DNA from: a virus
Length of the DNA stretch: 41,061 nucleotides
Reading direction: 5' to 3' (one strand)
IMG/VR virus record: IMGVR_UViG_3300045988_053295
Coordinates: 1 to 41,061 of that record
In this document: positions 32,051-40,355 of the stretch, piece by piece
How the letters are laid out: each line of letters opens with the position of its first letter
How positions within the stretch are numbered: position 1 is the first letter of the stretch
Made by a program: the position numbers and the translations under genes
The notes under the pieces: model-generated
The model's database searches: none
What the model saw: only the letters and a program-made list of their open reading frames with translations
What the model was told of the DNA's origin: nothing

Positions 32051-32371
32051 ATGGATAAAATAATGCAGCAAGCCGTAAGCCTGTACGAGCAAACGCAGAG
32101 TATCAAGGCAACAGCGCGGCATATGGGCATCGCGGAATCAACGGTGAAGAAAATTCTGATTTCTGCGGGCGTATACGAAACAGCACGCAGCCGGGAAATT
32201 GCTGAGCTGTACCAATCAGGGAAATCTATATTGGAGATTGCCGAAGAGCTTGGCGTATCTGCCGGGTGCGTTTTGTGCTATCTGCCGTATACACGCGGGA
32301 GCCGCTTAACGCCATCTGATACAATCAACGCGCAGCGCATTCGCGAATGCAGAGCGCGAAAAAAAGCTTGA
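32051..32371 (+). CDS. DNA-binding protein with two HTH motifs
   Basis: ATG follows AGGAGG. The HTH motifs are SIKATARHMGIAESTVKKIL and SILEIAEELGVSAGCVLCYL. Confidence 0.65.
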   Translation: MDKIMQQAVSLYEQTQSIKATARHMGIAESTVKKILISAGVYETARSREIAELYQSGKSILEIAEELGVSAGCVLCYLPYTRGSRLTPSDTINAQRIRECRARKKA

Positions 32372-32396
32372 CTTAAAAAGAAATGATTGCTATACT
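32368..32396 (+). promoter_or_regulatory. Near-consensus promoter overlapping the stop codon of the last accessory gene
   Basis: TTGACT at 32368-32373, a 17-nt spacer, then TATACT at 32391-32396. Confidence 0.55.
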
Positions 32397-32402
32397 TGAG
32401 TT

Positions 32403-32481
32403 GTCACCAGTTGCAAGGCTGGTGTGAGTTGAAATGAAATGAAAAAAGAAAGTGCTGGGATATTCCCGGCACTTTCTTTTT
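32403..32481 (+). ncRNA. Candidate ~80-nt small RNA
   Basis: It runs from the predicted start about 7 nt after the -10 to the terminator T-run. It has a 5' hairpin caccag-ttgcaagg-ctggtg (32405-32424), the A-rich linker gaaatgaaatgaaaaaa, and a terminator hairpin. No ORF longer than 2 codons is present. Confidence 0.35.
32442..32481. terminator. Bidirectional rho-independent terminator between the convergent operons
   Basis: 12-bp stem gaaagtgctggg/cccggcactttc (one G-U pair) with a 5-nt loop, flanked by A6 upstream and T5 downstream. Confidence 0.8.
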
Positions 32482-32676
32482 CTATCGATTATCCCATCTA
32501 TCAAGCAGCAGCTGCACCGCGTCCACAAACTCTTTGGAGATTTCACCCTTGCCTGACAGGTATTTATAACACGTCTTGCCGGAGTACGGTATGTACTCCG
32601 GCAGTTGATTGATTCTGATATTGCGTCGGTGCAGCTCCGCCCTCAGTCGTTGCCGCGTCCGCTCGCGTCCCCGCAT
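32482..32676 (-). CDS. Small HTH-like protein, last gene of the early operon
   Basis: ATG at 32676 follows AAAGGAGG. The sequence is MRGRERTRQRLRAELHRRNIRINQLPEYIPYSGKTCYKYLSGKGEIS. Confidence 0.5.
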   Translation of the reverse strand: MRGRERTRQRLRAELHRRNIRINQLPEYIPYSGKTCYKYLSGKGEISKEFVDAVQLLLDRWDNR

Positions 32677-32993
32677 TGCTTCGCCTCCTTTGCCCGCTTT
32701 AAGGCCATGTATCCATCGAAGATATCCATAAGATCCTGAAAAATGCCGCCTTCTTGCCCTGACTCTCCTTCCGCCCCTTTCGGATCCGGCCCCGGCCCGT
32801 TGATATCGTCCACGCAGATATAACGGCTCTTGTCCTTGTAGTAGTTGCAACCATCAAGTTGGAAACTGGATGCGTCTTGGCACTCATGCTTGCTCCATAG
32901 ATCGCAAACCTCTTTGTGCATACACAAGTTACAATCGTAGATTTTGTTCACTTCTTCGCCCTCGTCATACTTTGCGCCCTTAATCTGTTCCAT
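32643..32993 (-). CDS. Cys-rich hypothetical protein (116 aa)
   Basis: The sequence includes YDCNLCMHKEVCDLWSKHECQD...DGCNYY. Confidence 0.5.
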   Translation of the reverse strand: MEQIKGAKYDEGEEVNKIYDCNLCMHKEVCDLWSKHECQDASSFQLDGCNYYKDKSRYICVDDINGPGPDPKGAEGESGQEGGIFQDLMDIFDGYMALKRAKEAKQCGDASGRGND

Positions 32994-33240
32994 CGTCTAT
33001 GCCCTCCATCATGGCCTTGATTTCTGCGGCATTTGCCTTGATAATGTCCAGCACGATCTCGCTCTGGATATGGTGGGCAAACACGGCCTTGTCCTGTGCG
33101 TTCGCATTGTAGTAGCCCGTAAGCGTATTGCCCGCTTCCGTTTTTGCCACAATCGCGATTGCAAGCGGCTTGGATTTATAGAGCGCTTGCAACGCCTTTT
33201 CCAGCCACGCCGCATATTCCTGCTCTGTGATCCCGCTCAT
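32980..33240 (-). CDS. Hypothetical protein (86 aa)
   Basis: Clean ORF overlapping its neighbours by a few codons. Confidence 0.55.
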   Translation of the reverse strand: MSGITEQEYAAWLEKALQALYKSKPLAIAIVAKTEAGNTLTGYYNANAQDKAVFAHHIQSEIVLDIIKANAAEIKAMMEGIDDGTD

Positions 33241-33470
33241 CAGTAATGTTGCCTCCCTTCGCGCTTTGCGCGGTTCGCATCGTGCAGCGTGCGCAGGCAG
33301 CCCCTTGTCGTTGCATATCTCGCTGCGTCCTTCGATTGCTCCTGCTTGTATCTGTCCGCCTCCCGGCGGAATGCTATGTATCGGGTGCAGTCCGTGTGAC
33401 AGCCGGTGTGCCTGTCCGCGCAGCCCTTACACGGAGCCTGCACCGGTGTAAGCCCTAGATTTCCCTGCAT
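33240..33470 (-). CDS. Cys/His-rich small protein (76 aa)
   Basis: ATG at 33470 follows GAGGGTGG. The sequence includes CKGCADRHTGCHTDCTRY. Confidence 0.5.
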   Translation of the reverse strand: MQGNLGLTPVQAPCKGCADRHTGCHTDCTRYIAFRREADRYKQEQSKDAARYATTRGCLRTLHDANRAKREGRQHY

Positions 33471-33796
33471 TCGTCCACCCTCACGCATACGCGCTTGCCA
33501 CCCACCTCGACGACATAGCCAGTCCGATTTGTCGCGTACTTGTACTTCTCGGCGGGATACTCCCGCCCGCAGACGGGCCGCATTTCCGGGTATACCGGGA
33601 TCGAGCACGTGATCAGGATCCGCACGCGCTCCGCCCGGCCCATCACAGCTTTCCCATGTGCCGCCCAGGCGCACGCCTCGCTGCAAAAATTGTATTTTGC
33701 CTTGTACTTGGACGGTGCACGCATAAACGTCTTCCCGCAGGCATCGCACGTCAGCCGCATCGGCGGTCTTGGCGGCTTGCGCTTCACTTTGCTCAT
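33455..33796 (-). CDS. Zinc-ribbon protein (113 aa)
   Basis: ATG at 33796 forms an ATGA overlap with the upstream ORF. The sequence is MSKVKRKPPRPPMRLTCDACGKTF...FCSEAC. Confidence 0.55.
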   Translation of the reverse strand: MSKVKRKPPRPPMRLTCDACGKTFMRAPSKYKAKYNFCSEACAWAAHGKAVMGRAERVRILITCSIPVYPEMRPVCGREYPAEKYKYATNRTGYVVEVGGKRVCVRVDECREI

Positions 33797-33954
33797 GGCC
33801 TCCACCCGGAAATCCATTTTACCTTCTCCCAGTCCGTCAGCGTGCAAAACTTAATATAATCCGGCAGATCCGAATTGAGAATCGCTTCTCTTATCAAAAG
33901 CAAAACAAACACGACGGCTGCAAATAAAAGCAACATTTCAACGAATTTTTTCAC
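33793..33954 (-). CDS. Small single-TM protein (53 aa)
   Basis: GTG at 33954 lies right after the upstream stop. The sequence is VKKFVEMLLLFAAVVFVLLLIREAIL.... It is below the ORF-track cut-off. Confidence 0.4.
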   Translation of the reverse strand: MKKFVEMLLLFAAVVFVLLLIREAILNSDLPDYIKFCTLTDWEKVKWISGWRP

Positions 33955-34464
33955 TTACAACTTTACCCCCTTTATGTACTTGTCGAAATACGTCACGGCG
34001 ACAGCCATCGCCGCCCACATATCCGCCGAGAAGCCGTAGAAGAAGCCGGGGTTCTTCTTTGTGCCCTTGCCGAAGTTCGGCTGGCCGGGCGCGTAGCGGT
34101 CAACGAGGGCTTGTCTGATGTTCACATCCTTCGCCGACGCTCTGCCGCAAAGGTAAAGCTTCTCTTCACGGCGGAAGATCTTCTGCATTGGTCGCGGCTC
34201 TCCGTGGCTGTCTACATACTCCCAAAAACGCCCAATCCAAAAGCAGGTATCAAATACTTCTGCACCTACCGGCATTCCCATACCGGCAACCATTTCAATT
34301 GCAAAATGATCATAAAAGTCATATGGCGTAACAATCACGCCAAACATATCTTCGTTCGATTTCTTCCCGACTTTCAGCACGCGGCGGATCTCTTCGCCGT
34401 CGTGTTCTACCACGACGTAGCCGCTCTGAGTGTTTCCGGGGTCAATCGCCAGAATTGTGCCCAT
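33955..34464 (-). CDS. RuvC-like Holliday junction resolvase
   Basis: ATG at 34464 follows AAAGGAGGTGG. The sequence is MGTILAIDPGNTQSGYVVV...FAIEMV (RNase H-fold catalytic Asp/Glu pattern). Confidence 0.65.
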   Translation of the reverse strand: MGTILAIDPGNTQSGYVVVEHDGEEIRRVLKVGKKSNEDMFGVIVTPYDFYDHFAIEMVAGMGMPVGAEVFDTCFWIGRFWEYVDSHGEPRPMQKIFRREEKLYLCGRASAKDVNIRQALVDRYAPGQPNFGKGTKKNPGFFYGFSADMWAAMAVAVTYFDKYIKGVKL

Positions 34465-34630
34465 CAGGCCACCTCCTTTGTTCAAAGTCTTTGCAGTCCT
34501 CTCCGGAAAAGCACATCCGTTCCAGTTCTTCCTCGGAGAACCGTTCGGCCTTGTGCTTCAGGCACCGATACGGGTAAACGTAGTTCTTTCTGTATTCCAG
34601 ATTCTTGCAAGTTAAACAGCAATCCTGCAT
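34442..34630 (-). CDS. Cys-rich small protein (62 aa)
   Basis: ATG at 34630 follows AAAGGAGGG. The sequence begins MQDCCLTCKNLEY. Confidence 0.5.
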   Translation of the reverse strand: MQDCCLTCKNLEYRKNYVYPYRCLKHKAERFSEEELERMCFSGEDCKDFEQRRWPDGHNSGD

Positions 34631-34674
34631 CAGCTTCCCTCCTTTCGCGCTGCCGCGTGCAAAACGCAAGCCTT

Positions 34675-34956
34675 TCATACTATCCGTTTCGCGCAATACG
34701 GGCAAAACTTATATTCTGCCGCTTCGCAGCAGTCCATAAGTTCACCGCAGGCGGTGCAGCATCCGTCAATGATCTGTGTGGTTTCCGCTTCCAATGCAAG
34801 ATACGCAATGGCGAGCAGTCGGCTATGGTGGCGTAGCGTATGCTCGTCTATGTGCTCTGCGGCCTGCTCGATCGATGCGATTGCTTCTTTCCTGATATCC
34901 GCGCCATCGCCCAAGTCGTCTGCGTAGTGTTTGAAAATCTCTTTCAGATTCATCAT
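34675..34956 (-). CDS. Hypothetical protein with C-terminal Cys cluster (93 aa)
   Basis: ATG at 34956 follows GGAGGG. The sequence includes ...DGCCTACGELMDCCEAAEYKFCPYC. Confidence 0.5.
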   Translation of the reverse strand: MMNLKEIFKHYADDLGDGADIRKEAIASIEQAAEHIDEHTLRHHSRLLAIAYLALEAETTQIIDGCCTACGELMDCCEAAEYKFCPYCAKRIV

Positions 34957-35216
34957 GCGCCGTTCCCTCCATCCATCTTCGCGCCGCATAGTCTGCAATA
35001 ATAGCTGTCGTTAGATTCTGCGTTGCCGCATTCACTACAAGTGAATACACCGTCTTCATGGTGAATCCACCGCCCATGTCGCACCTCCGCAACGTCGGCA
35101 GTGCGCTGACGAAGCAGGAGCGTTTTCACCCGCTGAGGTGTCCAGTTCGGATTTTCCGCGTTGCAGGCTTCAAAATCTGCCAGCGCCGCCTCGCGGCTGA
35201 TGTAATCACTCATCAT
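34953..35216 (-). CDS. Hypothetical zinc-ribbon protein (87 aa)
   Basis: The sequence includes ...FTCSECGNAESNDSYYCRLCG. Confidence 0.55.
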   Translation of the reverse strand: MMSDYISREAALADFEACNAENPNWTPQRVKTLLLRQRTADVAEVRHGRWIHHEDGVFTCSECGNAESNDSYYCRLCGAKMDGGNGA

Positions 35217-35406
35217 TTACCCTCCGGTTCCATGCCTCAACCGCTTCAATGTATGCGTTCGTGTTCCATGCTGTTTTCAGGGCGACGGATGTCCCGCATT
35301 TCCTGCATTTTACTTTAAGAACCATAATCTTCTTCCCGAAATTACATGAACCGCCTGTTTCTTCAACTTCACCGCCGCAGAACGGGCACGGTTTCAGTTC
35401 AGCCAT
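35206..35406 (-). CDS. lar: Lar-family restriction-alleviation-like protein
   Basis: MAELKPCPFCGGE...CRKCG...AVEAWNRR fits the small Lar-type pattern as I recall it. Confidence 0.6.
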   Translation of the reverse strand: MAELKPCPFCGGEVEETGGSCNFGKKIMVLKVKCRKCGTSVALKTAWNTNAYIEAVEAWNRRVNDE

Positions 35407-35842
35407 CCTTCTTGCCCTCCATTTCCTGCAAAGCCTTCTCGGCTTCTTCGCGTGTCAGAAAAACGTTTTTTCCTATATTGAAAACATCTTGCAGCAGGAA
35501 GGCGTCCGGCTCAATGTATGGCTTGCTTTTATCCGGATATTCTTCGAATGTCCGCTTTATTCTCCACACCGTATCGCCCACCTTGCACGGCAGCACCACC
35601 ACGCGCCCTTCCTTGTCGGCTTTCATCAGCTCCACCATTCGTGAGATGGAGTAATCACAGCCGGAAAGCGTTTCCTCGATTTCCCGAGCTTCTGCGCACG
35701 CCTGCGGGGATAATCTCGAATCTTCGTAAGCCTTGAGCCGCTCCCACACCTGCTTCTGCGTGCAGTTCCCGTCATACGGGCACGGCAACTCGCGGCACTG
35801 CGCAATGTCGCAGAAATTTCCCTCAAACGTTAATCGCTCCAA
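35399..35842 (-). CDS. Hypothetical protein (147 aa)
   Basis: Clean ORF with overlapping starts and stops. Confidence 0.55.
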   Translation of the reverse strand: MERLTFEGNFCDIAQCRELPCPYDGNCTQKQVWERLKAYEDSRLSPQACAEAREIEETLSGCDYSISRMVELMKADKEGRVVVLPCKVGDTVWRIKRTFEEYPDKSKPYIEPDAFLLQDVFNIGKNVFLTREEAEKALQEMEGKKDG

Positions 35843-36111
35843 AATTCCATCTCCTTCCCGACGTATTCACAATATGCTTTTTCAAGGCGCGCGCCTGCGC
35901 TGTCCTTCGCGTCTGGCAGGAAAACGACCAAGTCCGCTACGTCGATCATCGCAAAGCAGATGCACATGTAGTCTTTTGGGCGCATCCCTTTTGGCAGGTC
36001 GGCTGGGTTGAGAGGGATGTGGCCCCCTCGGGCTATATCCGCCGCCGCTTCCTTAAATTTCTCCCGGTATTTCGGGTCGCCGGTGATTTTACCGGCTATG
36101 TAAATCTTCAC
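35830..36111 (-). CDS. DUF4406-like / nucleoside 2-deoxyribosyltransferase-like protein
   Basis: The sequence is MKIYIAGKITGDPKYREKF...HIPLNP...MIDVADLVVFLPD. Confidence 0.6.
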   Translation of the reverse strand: MKIYIAGKITGDPKYREKFKEAAADIARGGHIPLNPADLPKGMRPKDYMCICFAMIDVADLVVFLPDAKDSAGARLEKAYCEYVGKEMEFWSD

Positions 36112-36653
36112 GGCAATTCCTCCACATAGCGCCAGCTCTGCGGCGGGCGGGTGACCGGCTTGGGTTTTGCCTTGAGCGCTACCTCTACCTCATTTGGCAC
36201 AGCGTAAAATTCCCGCAGTTCGCGCGGCGTATCGTAAATCTTGAGATTGGATATGTGCCAGCCGTAGCCGATGCCCTTCAGGTATCGTGCGATTTCTTCT
36301 CGCGTTAAGCAAGCTTGCTGTTCCGCGTCATCTGGCGCGTGGTTTAATGGCGCAAGTTCGTAGATTCGGTCGCAGGTAAACTCTCCAAAGACTTTTTGGC
36401 GCTTTCCCCATGCATCGCAGATCGATCCTTCGTCAGTTTTGATAAAAACTGTCTTCCCGTGATAAATTTCTCCATAGCTTTCGTCGCCATCTCTTAGGAT
36501 GCAAATGAGCCGTTCCTTTGCCTTTGTGCAGTAGATATAGCATCGAAACGGCGGCTCCAGCTTCGGGCGCGTTCTGCGTACCTCAATGGTCTTTTCACCG
36601 CTGGCAATCTTTGCGCACCATTCGGGGTTGATGCTGATTAAAACAGCTTTCAT
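36108..36653 (-). CDS. ASCH-domain (PUA-like) protein
   Basis: ATG at 36653 forms an ATGA overlap. The sequence is MKAVLISINPEWCAKIASGEKTIEVRR. Confidence 0.6.
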   Translation of the reverse strand: MKAVLISINPEWCAKIASGEKTIEVRRTRPKLEPPFRCYIYCTKAKERLICILRDGDESYGEIYHGKTVFIKTDEGSICDAWGKRQKVFGEFTCDRIYELAPLNHAPDDAEQQACLTREEIARYLKGIGYGWHISNLKIYDTPRELREFYAVPNEVEVALKAKPKPVTRPPQSWRYVEELP

Positions 36654-37204
36654 GCCTTTTCCCCTTCCTCCGGCGCCCCCGGTAAGCCGCGCCATTCCCA
36701 GTTGCTTCGTCCGAGGCTGCAACTCCCACACTTGCAATTTTGCTTTTTTGCGCAATCGCAGCACGTAAGCAGCAGTGACTCTTGGTGGTAACGGCGGTGG
36801 TTACAGCAGTGTTTGCAAGCGGCACACCCGGCAAATATCCTCAGATCTACAATTGCCGCGTCCCTCTCGACTTCTGCCTCCGCCTGCTTTCTCTGAGCTA
36901 GGGCAATCACCATGTCCTTCCACTCAAGTTCTCTTCTGAGCCTTTTTATCTCGTCCGATTGCCCATCTGTCACCGCGCGCAGAAATTCAATGGATTTTTC
37001 ATATGCTATTTTCTGCGGGCGTTTTACTTTCCCAAGACTCGCGCCTTCGCGGAGCGCCGCGTTCTCGGCGGTCAGGCGCTCGATGAGGTCGGCGCTCACT
37101 TTCGGGCACCCATCGCACCCGTATTTCTTCGTAAACGGGCATTCTTCCTCTGATTCTCCACTTGCACAGCACCGCAGCGCCTTCACGATCTCTTTTTCAG
37201 TCAT
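36650..37204 (-). CDS. Cys-rich coiled-coil protein (184 aa)
   Basis: ATG follows GGAGGAAG. It has Cys clusters at both ends and a central heptad region. Confidence 0.55.
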   Translation of the reverse strand: MTEKEIVKALRCCASGESEEECPFTKKYGCDGCPKVSADLIERLTAENAALREGASLGKVKRPQKIAYEKSIEFLRAVTDGQSDEIKRLRRELEWKDMVIALAQRKQAEAEVERDAAIVDLRIFAGCAACKHCCNHRRYHQESLLLTCCDCAKKQNCKCGSCSLGRSNWEWRGLPGAPEEGEKA

Positions 37205-37333
37205 AGGGTTTCTTCCTCCATTCCTTCAAGAACCATTTGGCCCGGCAAAACGCCGTCCTCCATGGTTCGTTCTAAGTCCATCGGTCCAGCTCCTCCATCA
37301 ATGCCTTAAAAATCGGGTATGCCTGCTGCGGCA

Positions 37334-38101
37334 CTACAGCGTTCCCGAGGCATTTAAGTCTGTCCACCCTAGCGGGAATCCCATGAGCCACTCTACCCAC
37401 GTCGGGTTCAGCTGCCCAGCAACGTCCGTCCGCAAGCTCCTGTGATTGTCCCCACCGTGCGTCCCCTGCGCATCCGCTGCACATGGTGCCGTAAACAGCT
37501 TCATTTCCGGATCAGTACCTGTGCCCCTAGATGCGTGCTCTTTTCTGGTGGTCTTCCGCTCGTCACCGCAGTCATGCCGCATTGTCCTGCCGTCGGTGTC
37601 TGCCACATCTGCGATGCCGACGAAGAACACCCGCGATCTCCTGTGCCAAGCTCCGACAGCCGCAGCCTCAAAATTAAACACGACGACGTGATAGCCAGCA
37701 CGCTCCAGATCCTTGACCACCTGCCCGGCGGCAATCTTGATGATTCCAGGAACGTTCTCACCGACAACGCAACGCGGGCGCAGCTCGGTGATAACTCGGA
37801 GCATCTCCGGCCAGAGGTATCGATCATCCCCTTTGCTCTTTTGCTTTCCAGCCACGGAGAAGGGCTGGCATGGGAATCCGCCGGAAATAACGTCAACTGC
37901 TCGTAATCCTGTTCGCTCATAGAAGCTCTCCTTTGTCAGCGTCCGGACATCACGCCAGCGCGGCACGTCCGGCCAGTGCTTTTCCAGCACCTTCGTCGGG
38001 TAGTCGGCAAACTCGCACTGCCCGACGGTCGTAAATCCGGCCCACTCGGCAGCCAGATCAAGCCCGCCGATCCCGGAAAACAGGCTCAGATGCGTCAGCA
38101 T
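37334..38101 (-). CDS. DNA (cytosine-5) methyltransferase, apparently frameshifted before motif X
   Basis: ATG at 38101 ([13 protein letters not shown] is motif I). Also present are GGFPCQPFS (IV), GENVPG (VI), [10 protein letters not shown] (VIII-like) and GFPLGWTD. The GNAVVP motif lies downstream in the -1 frame (37272-37355). Confidence 0.8.
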   Translation of the reverse strand: MLTHLSLFSGIGGLDLAAEWAGFTTVGQCEFADYPTKVLEKHWPDVPRWRDVRTLTKESFYERTGLRAVDVISGGFPCQPFSVAGKQKSKGDDRYLWPEMLRVITELRPRCVVGENVPGIIKIAAGQVVKDLERAGYHVVVFNFEAAAVGAWHRRSRVFFVGIADVADTDGRTMRHDCGDERKTTRKEHASRGTGTDPEMKLFTAPCAADAQGTHGGDNHRSLRTDVAGQLNPTWVEWLMGFPLGWTDLNASGTL

Positions 38102-38268
38102 TTTGTTTCCTTCGCCGTCGGCGTCAACTTGGCCAGCATGATCTGGCCGAGATCCGCCACGTATATTAGCCGCCCGCGGCTGTACACCATCAGCTTGTCG
38201 CCCTGGATCTCCATCCGGTCTGCCTCGATGTTCGTCAGATCGTTGCAGCAATCGCAAACAAATCTCAT
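38095..38268 (-). CDS. Small Cys-containing protein (57 aa)
   Basis: ATG at 38268 follows GGAGGACAAGGAGG. The sequence begins [11 protein letters not shown].... Both ends overlap their neighbours. Confidence 0.45.
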   Translation of the reverse strand: MRFVCDCCNDLTNIEADRMEIQGDKLMVYSRGRLIYVADLGQIMLAKLTPTAKETKC

Positions 38269-39104
38269 GTCTTGTCCTCCTTGTCCTCCTTGTTTTCCGC
38301 AAGCATTCGCTCGACCGCCTCCAGCTGGATCGCATCAAGTTCGTCCCCGTGGCGCTGCACGCCTTGCTGCAATCGGGCAGCGCCCTTTGACACCGGCCCC
38401 ATCACCCTGTCCACAGCTGCACGTTCCAGCGGGTTCAGCTCGTCATGGTGTCCCTGCGCGCCGTAGCCGGGCTTTGCAGCGCGGCCGAGCGCCGCAGGGC
38501 GTGTGCTGGCCTCTTTCAGCCAGTCAAACACGATCCCCTTGTAATTTGCGGCCATAGAGCGGGTTATCACGTCGACCATTGCAGCCTCGCCATATTCCTC
38601 TGCGGCTTTCGTGATCTGCGTAACAAGGCTTTGCAGGCCGACAGGCTTATACTCCTCCCGCCGTTCTCCCTTGTATGCCACCCATTTCTCAACGGATTCG
38701 CGCAGTGTGGGGGGAAGGGGGGAAAGAATACTGTCCATGTCCTTTTCCTTTGTCCTTTTCCTTTGTCCATAGCTTTTTTTGCTTTCCTCGGAAAGCATTT
38801 GCTTTTTTTGCTTTTCGTTGCTTTCGTCAAAAGCATTTGCTTTTTCGGATTCAGGCCGACCGCCCTGCTTTCCTGCCTCACTTCTGGACGCGGAGACGGC
38901 TTTTTGCGCCGCTACGGATTCGTCAATGTCCCGTCGAATCGCAGGCCAAATGAAACGTTCACTCCCGCTGAACTCTGGCTCTGCTCCCGACTCGCGATAA
39001 TCCATCGCGGCCAGCACCAAGCGCCCCACCTCAGCAGCACTGTACGCCTCGAAATAGCTCCTGTAACTCAGCCACAGCTTGACGTATTCCTTTTTTTCTC
39101 CCAT
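38265..39104 (-). CDS. Replication organiser-type protein (DUF6291-like N-terminus, conserved phage C-terminus Phg_2220_C-like)
   Basis: The N-terminus is [30 protein letters not shown]...KQGGRP. The C-terminus is [23 protein letters not shown]...[13 protein letters not shown]. It lies next to ssb and erf. Confidence 0.55.
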   Translation of the reverse strand: MGEKKEYVKLWLSYRSYFEAYSAAEVGRLVLAAMDYRESGAEPEFSGSERFIWPAIRRDIDESVAAQKAVSASRSEAGKQGGRPESEKANAFDESNEKQKKQMLSEESKKSYGQRKRTKEKDMDSILSPLPPTLRESVEKWVAYKGERREEYKPVGLQSLVTQITKAAEEYGEAAMVDVITRSMAANYKGIVFDWLKEASTRPAALGRAAKPGYGAQGHHDELNPLERAAVDRVMGPVSKGAARLQQGVQRHGDELDAIQLEAVERMLAENKEDKEDKT

Positions 39105-39107
39105 CCG

Positions 39108-39287
39108 TCAGCCCTCACTTTTCGGCTGACAGGTAATAAGCAGTTGATCGCGCCGGTCAACAAGTTTTGTCAGGACTTCGAGTTCTTCCACAGTCACGTT
39201 GTAAAAATTGATCTCATTCTCAACTTCCACGCAGCCTGTAACAAATTCCTCAATGCAAACATCAAAAAGCATCGCAGTGCCCTCCAT
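39108..39287 (-). CDS. Small hypothetical protein (54-59 aa)
   Basis: ATG at 39287 or at 39272; the latter lies 8 nt after GGAGGG. It is below the ORF-track cut-off. Confidence 0.4.
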   Translation of the reverse strand: MEGTAMLFDVCIEEFVTGCVEVENEINFYNVTVEELEVLTKLVDRRDQLLITCQPKSEG

Positions 39288-39742
39288 CAGAACGGAAGCT
39301 CGTTTTCGTCGCCGATCTCCATCTGCGGCATATCCGGCGCAGAGAACGGAACCGGCGTTGTGCTCGGCAGCGGCCTGAACTCCGAAGATGCCGGTGCAGC
39401 GGCAGAAGCATTCTGCCCGTCCCGCTTGCTGTCGCCGAAATAAACGCTTTCTGCGACGATCTCTGCCGTTCTTCGCTTGTTTCCGTCCTTGTCCTCCCAG
39501 TTGCGGATCTGCAAACGGCCAGACACGACGGCCATCCGGCCCTTGGAGAAATACTTGCTGACAAAATCAGCTGTATTCCGCCATGCGACAACATCAATAA
39601 AATCCGTTTCCTTCTCCGCGCCCTGCGCCGCGAAATCGCGGTCGCAGGCGAGCGTGAAGGATGCAACAGAATTTCCGCTTTGCGTCTGCCGAAGCTCCGG
39701 GTCACGGGTCAGACGGCCCATCATAACGACTTTATTCAGCAT
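39287..39742 (-). CDS. ssb: Single-stranded DNA-binding protein
   Basis: ATG at 39742 follows AAAGGAG. The sequence is MLNKVVMMGRLTRDPELRQTQSG...FIDVVAWR with an acidic tail ending DENELPF. Confidence 0.9.
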   Translation of the reverse strand: MLNKVVMMGRLTRDPELRQTQSGNSVASFTLACDRDFAAQGAEKETDFIDVVAWRNTADFVSKYFSKGRMAVVSGRLQIRNWEDKDGNKRRTAEIVAESVYFGDSKRDGQNASAAAPASSEFRPLPSTTPVPFSAPDMPQMEIGDENELPF

Positions 39743-40355
39743 TCTTTTTCTCCTTTCCCTGCTTCTGGGCGCACGTCCAGCAGAGGCAGCGGCCAAACTT
39801 CTTGGCCGTCTGCTCCGCAATGCTCACGCCAGAATACGTATGTCCGTTGATTGTTTCGCCCACAATCTGCTGGCCGCAGACTGCGCAATTAAATGACATT
39901 GCAGATGTTTGCGGTGCTGTTTTCCTCGCCTGCGCAGGCTGGCCTTTCGCTGTCCGGCCCGTTTCCTTTGCATATTCGTCCGTGTCCGCGTCCTTCGTAT
40001 CGTCGATTGCAAAAAGGCCGTTCAGTGCGTACTTGCGGGCGTAAGAGCTGGCCGTACCTGTTACCTGCGGCTCGTCCATGCCCTTCTTGCTTTCCGGCTC
40101 ACGGGCAAAGCCATACGTCGTATACTCGCCCTCACCATCGGAAATCGTAGCCTTTGCCCTAACATAAATGCGGTTTCCGATCTCTACAATCTCGTCGGAT
40201 ATCGTCAGAATGCAGCTCTGCGCCTGAAGCAGAGGCTTCACAGCCTCCAAAATGCTTTCGCAGGAACGGTAGTTGTAACCGCCGAAGCTATTCTTCTTGT
40301 CCTTCGGCGCTTTCAGCTGCGCCTGAATGGCATTCAGCTTTTCTGTTAATTTCAT
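39732..40355 (-). CDS. erf: ERF-family single-strand annealing recombinase
   Basis: Motifs are GGYNYRSCESILEAVKPLL and GTASSYARKYALNGLFAIDD. The C-terminus has a CxxC...CxxC tail. Confidence 0.8.
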   Translation of the reverse strand: MKLTEKLNAIQAQLKAPKDKKNSFGGYNYRSCESILEAVKPLLQAQSCILTISDEIVEIGNRIYVRAKATISDGEGEYTTYGFAREPESKKGMDEPQVTGTASSYARKYALNGLFAIDDTKDADTDEYAKETGRTAKGQPAQARKTAPQTSAMSFNCAVCGQQIVGETINGHTYSGVSIAEQTAKKFGRCLCWTCAQKQGKEKKNAE

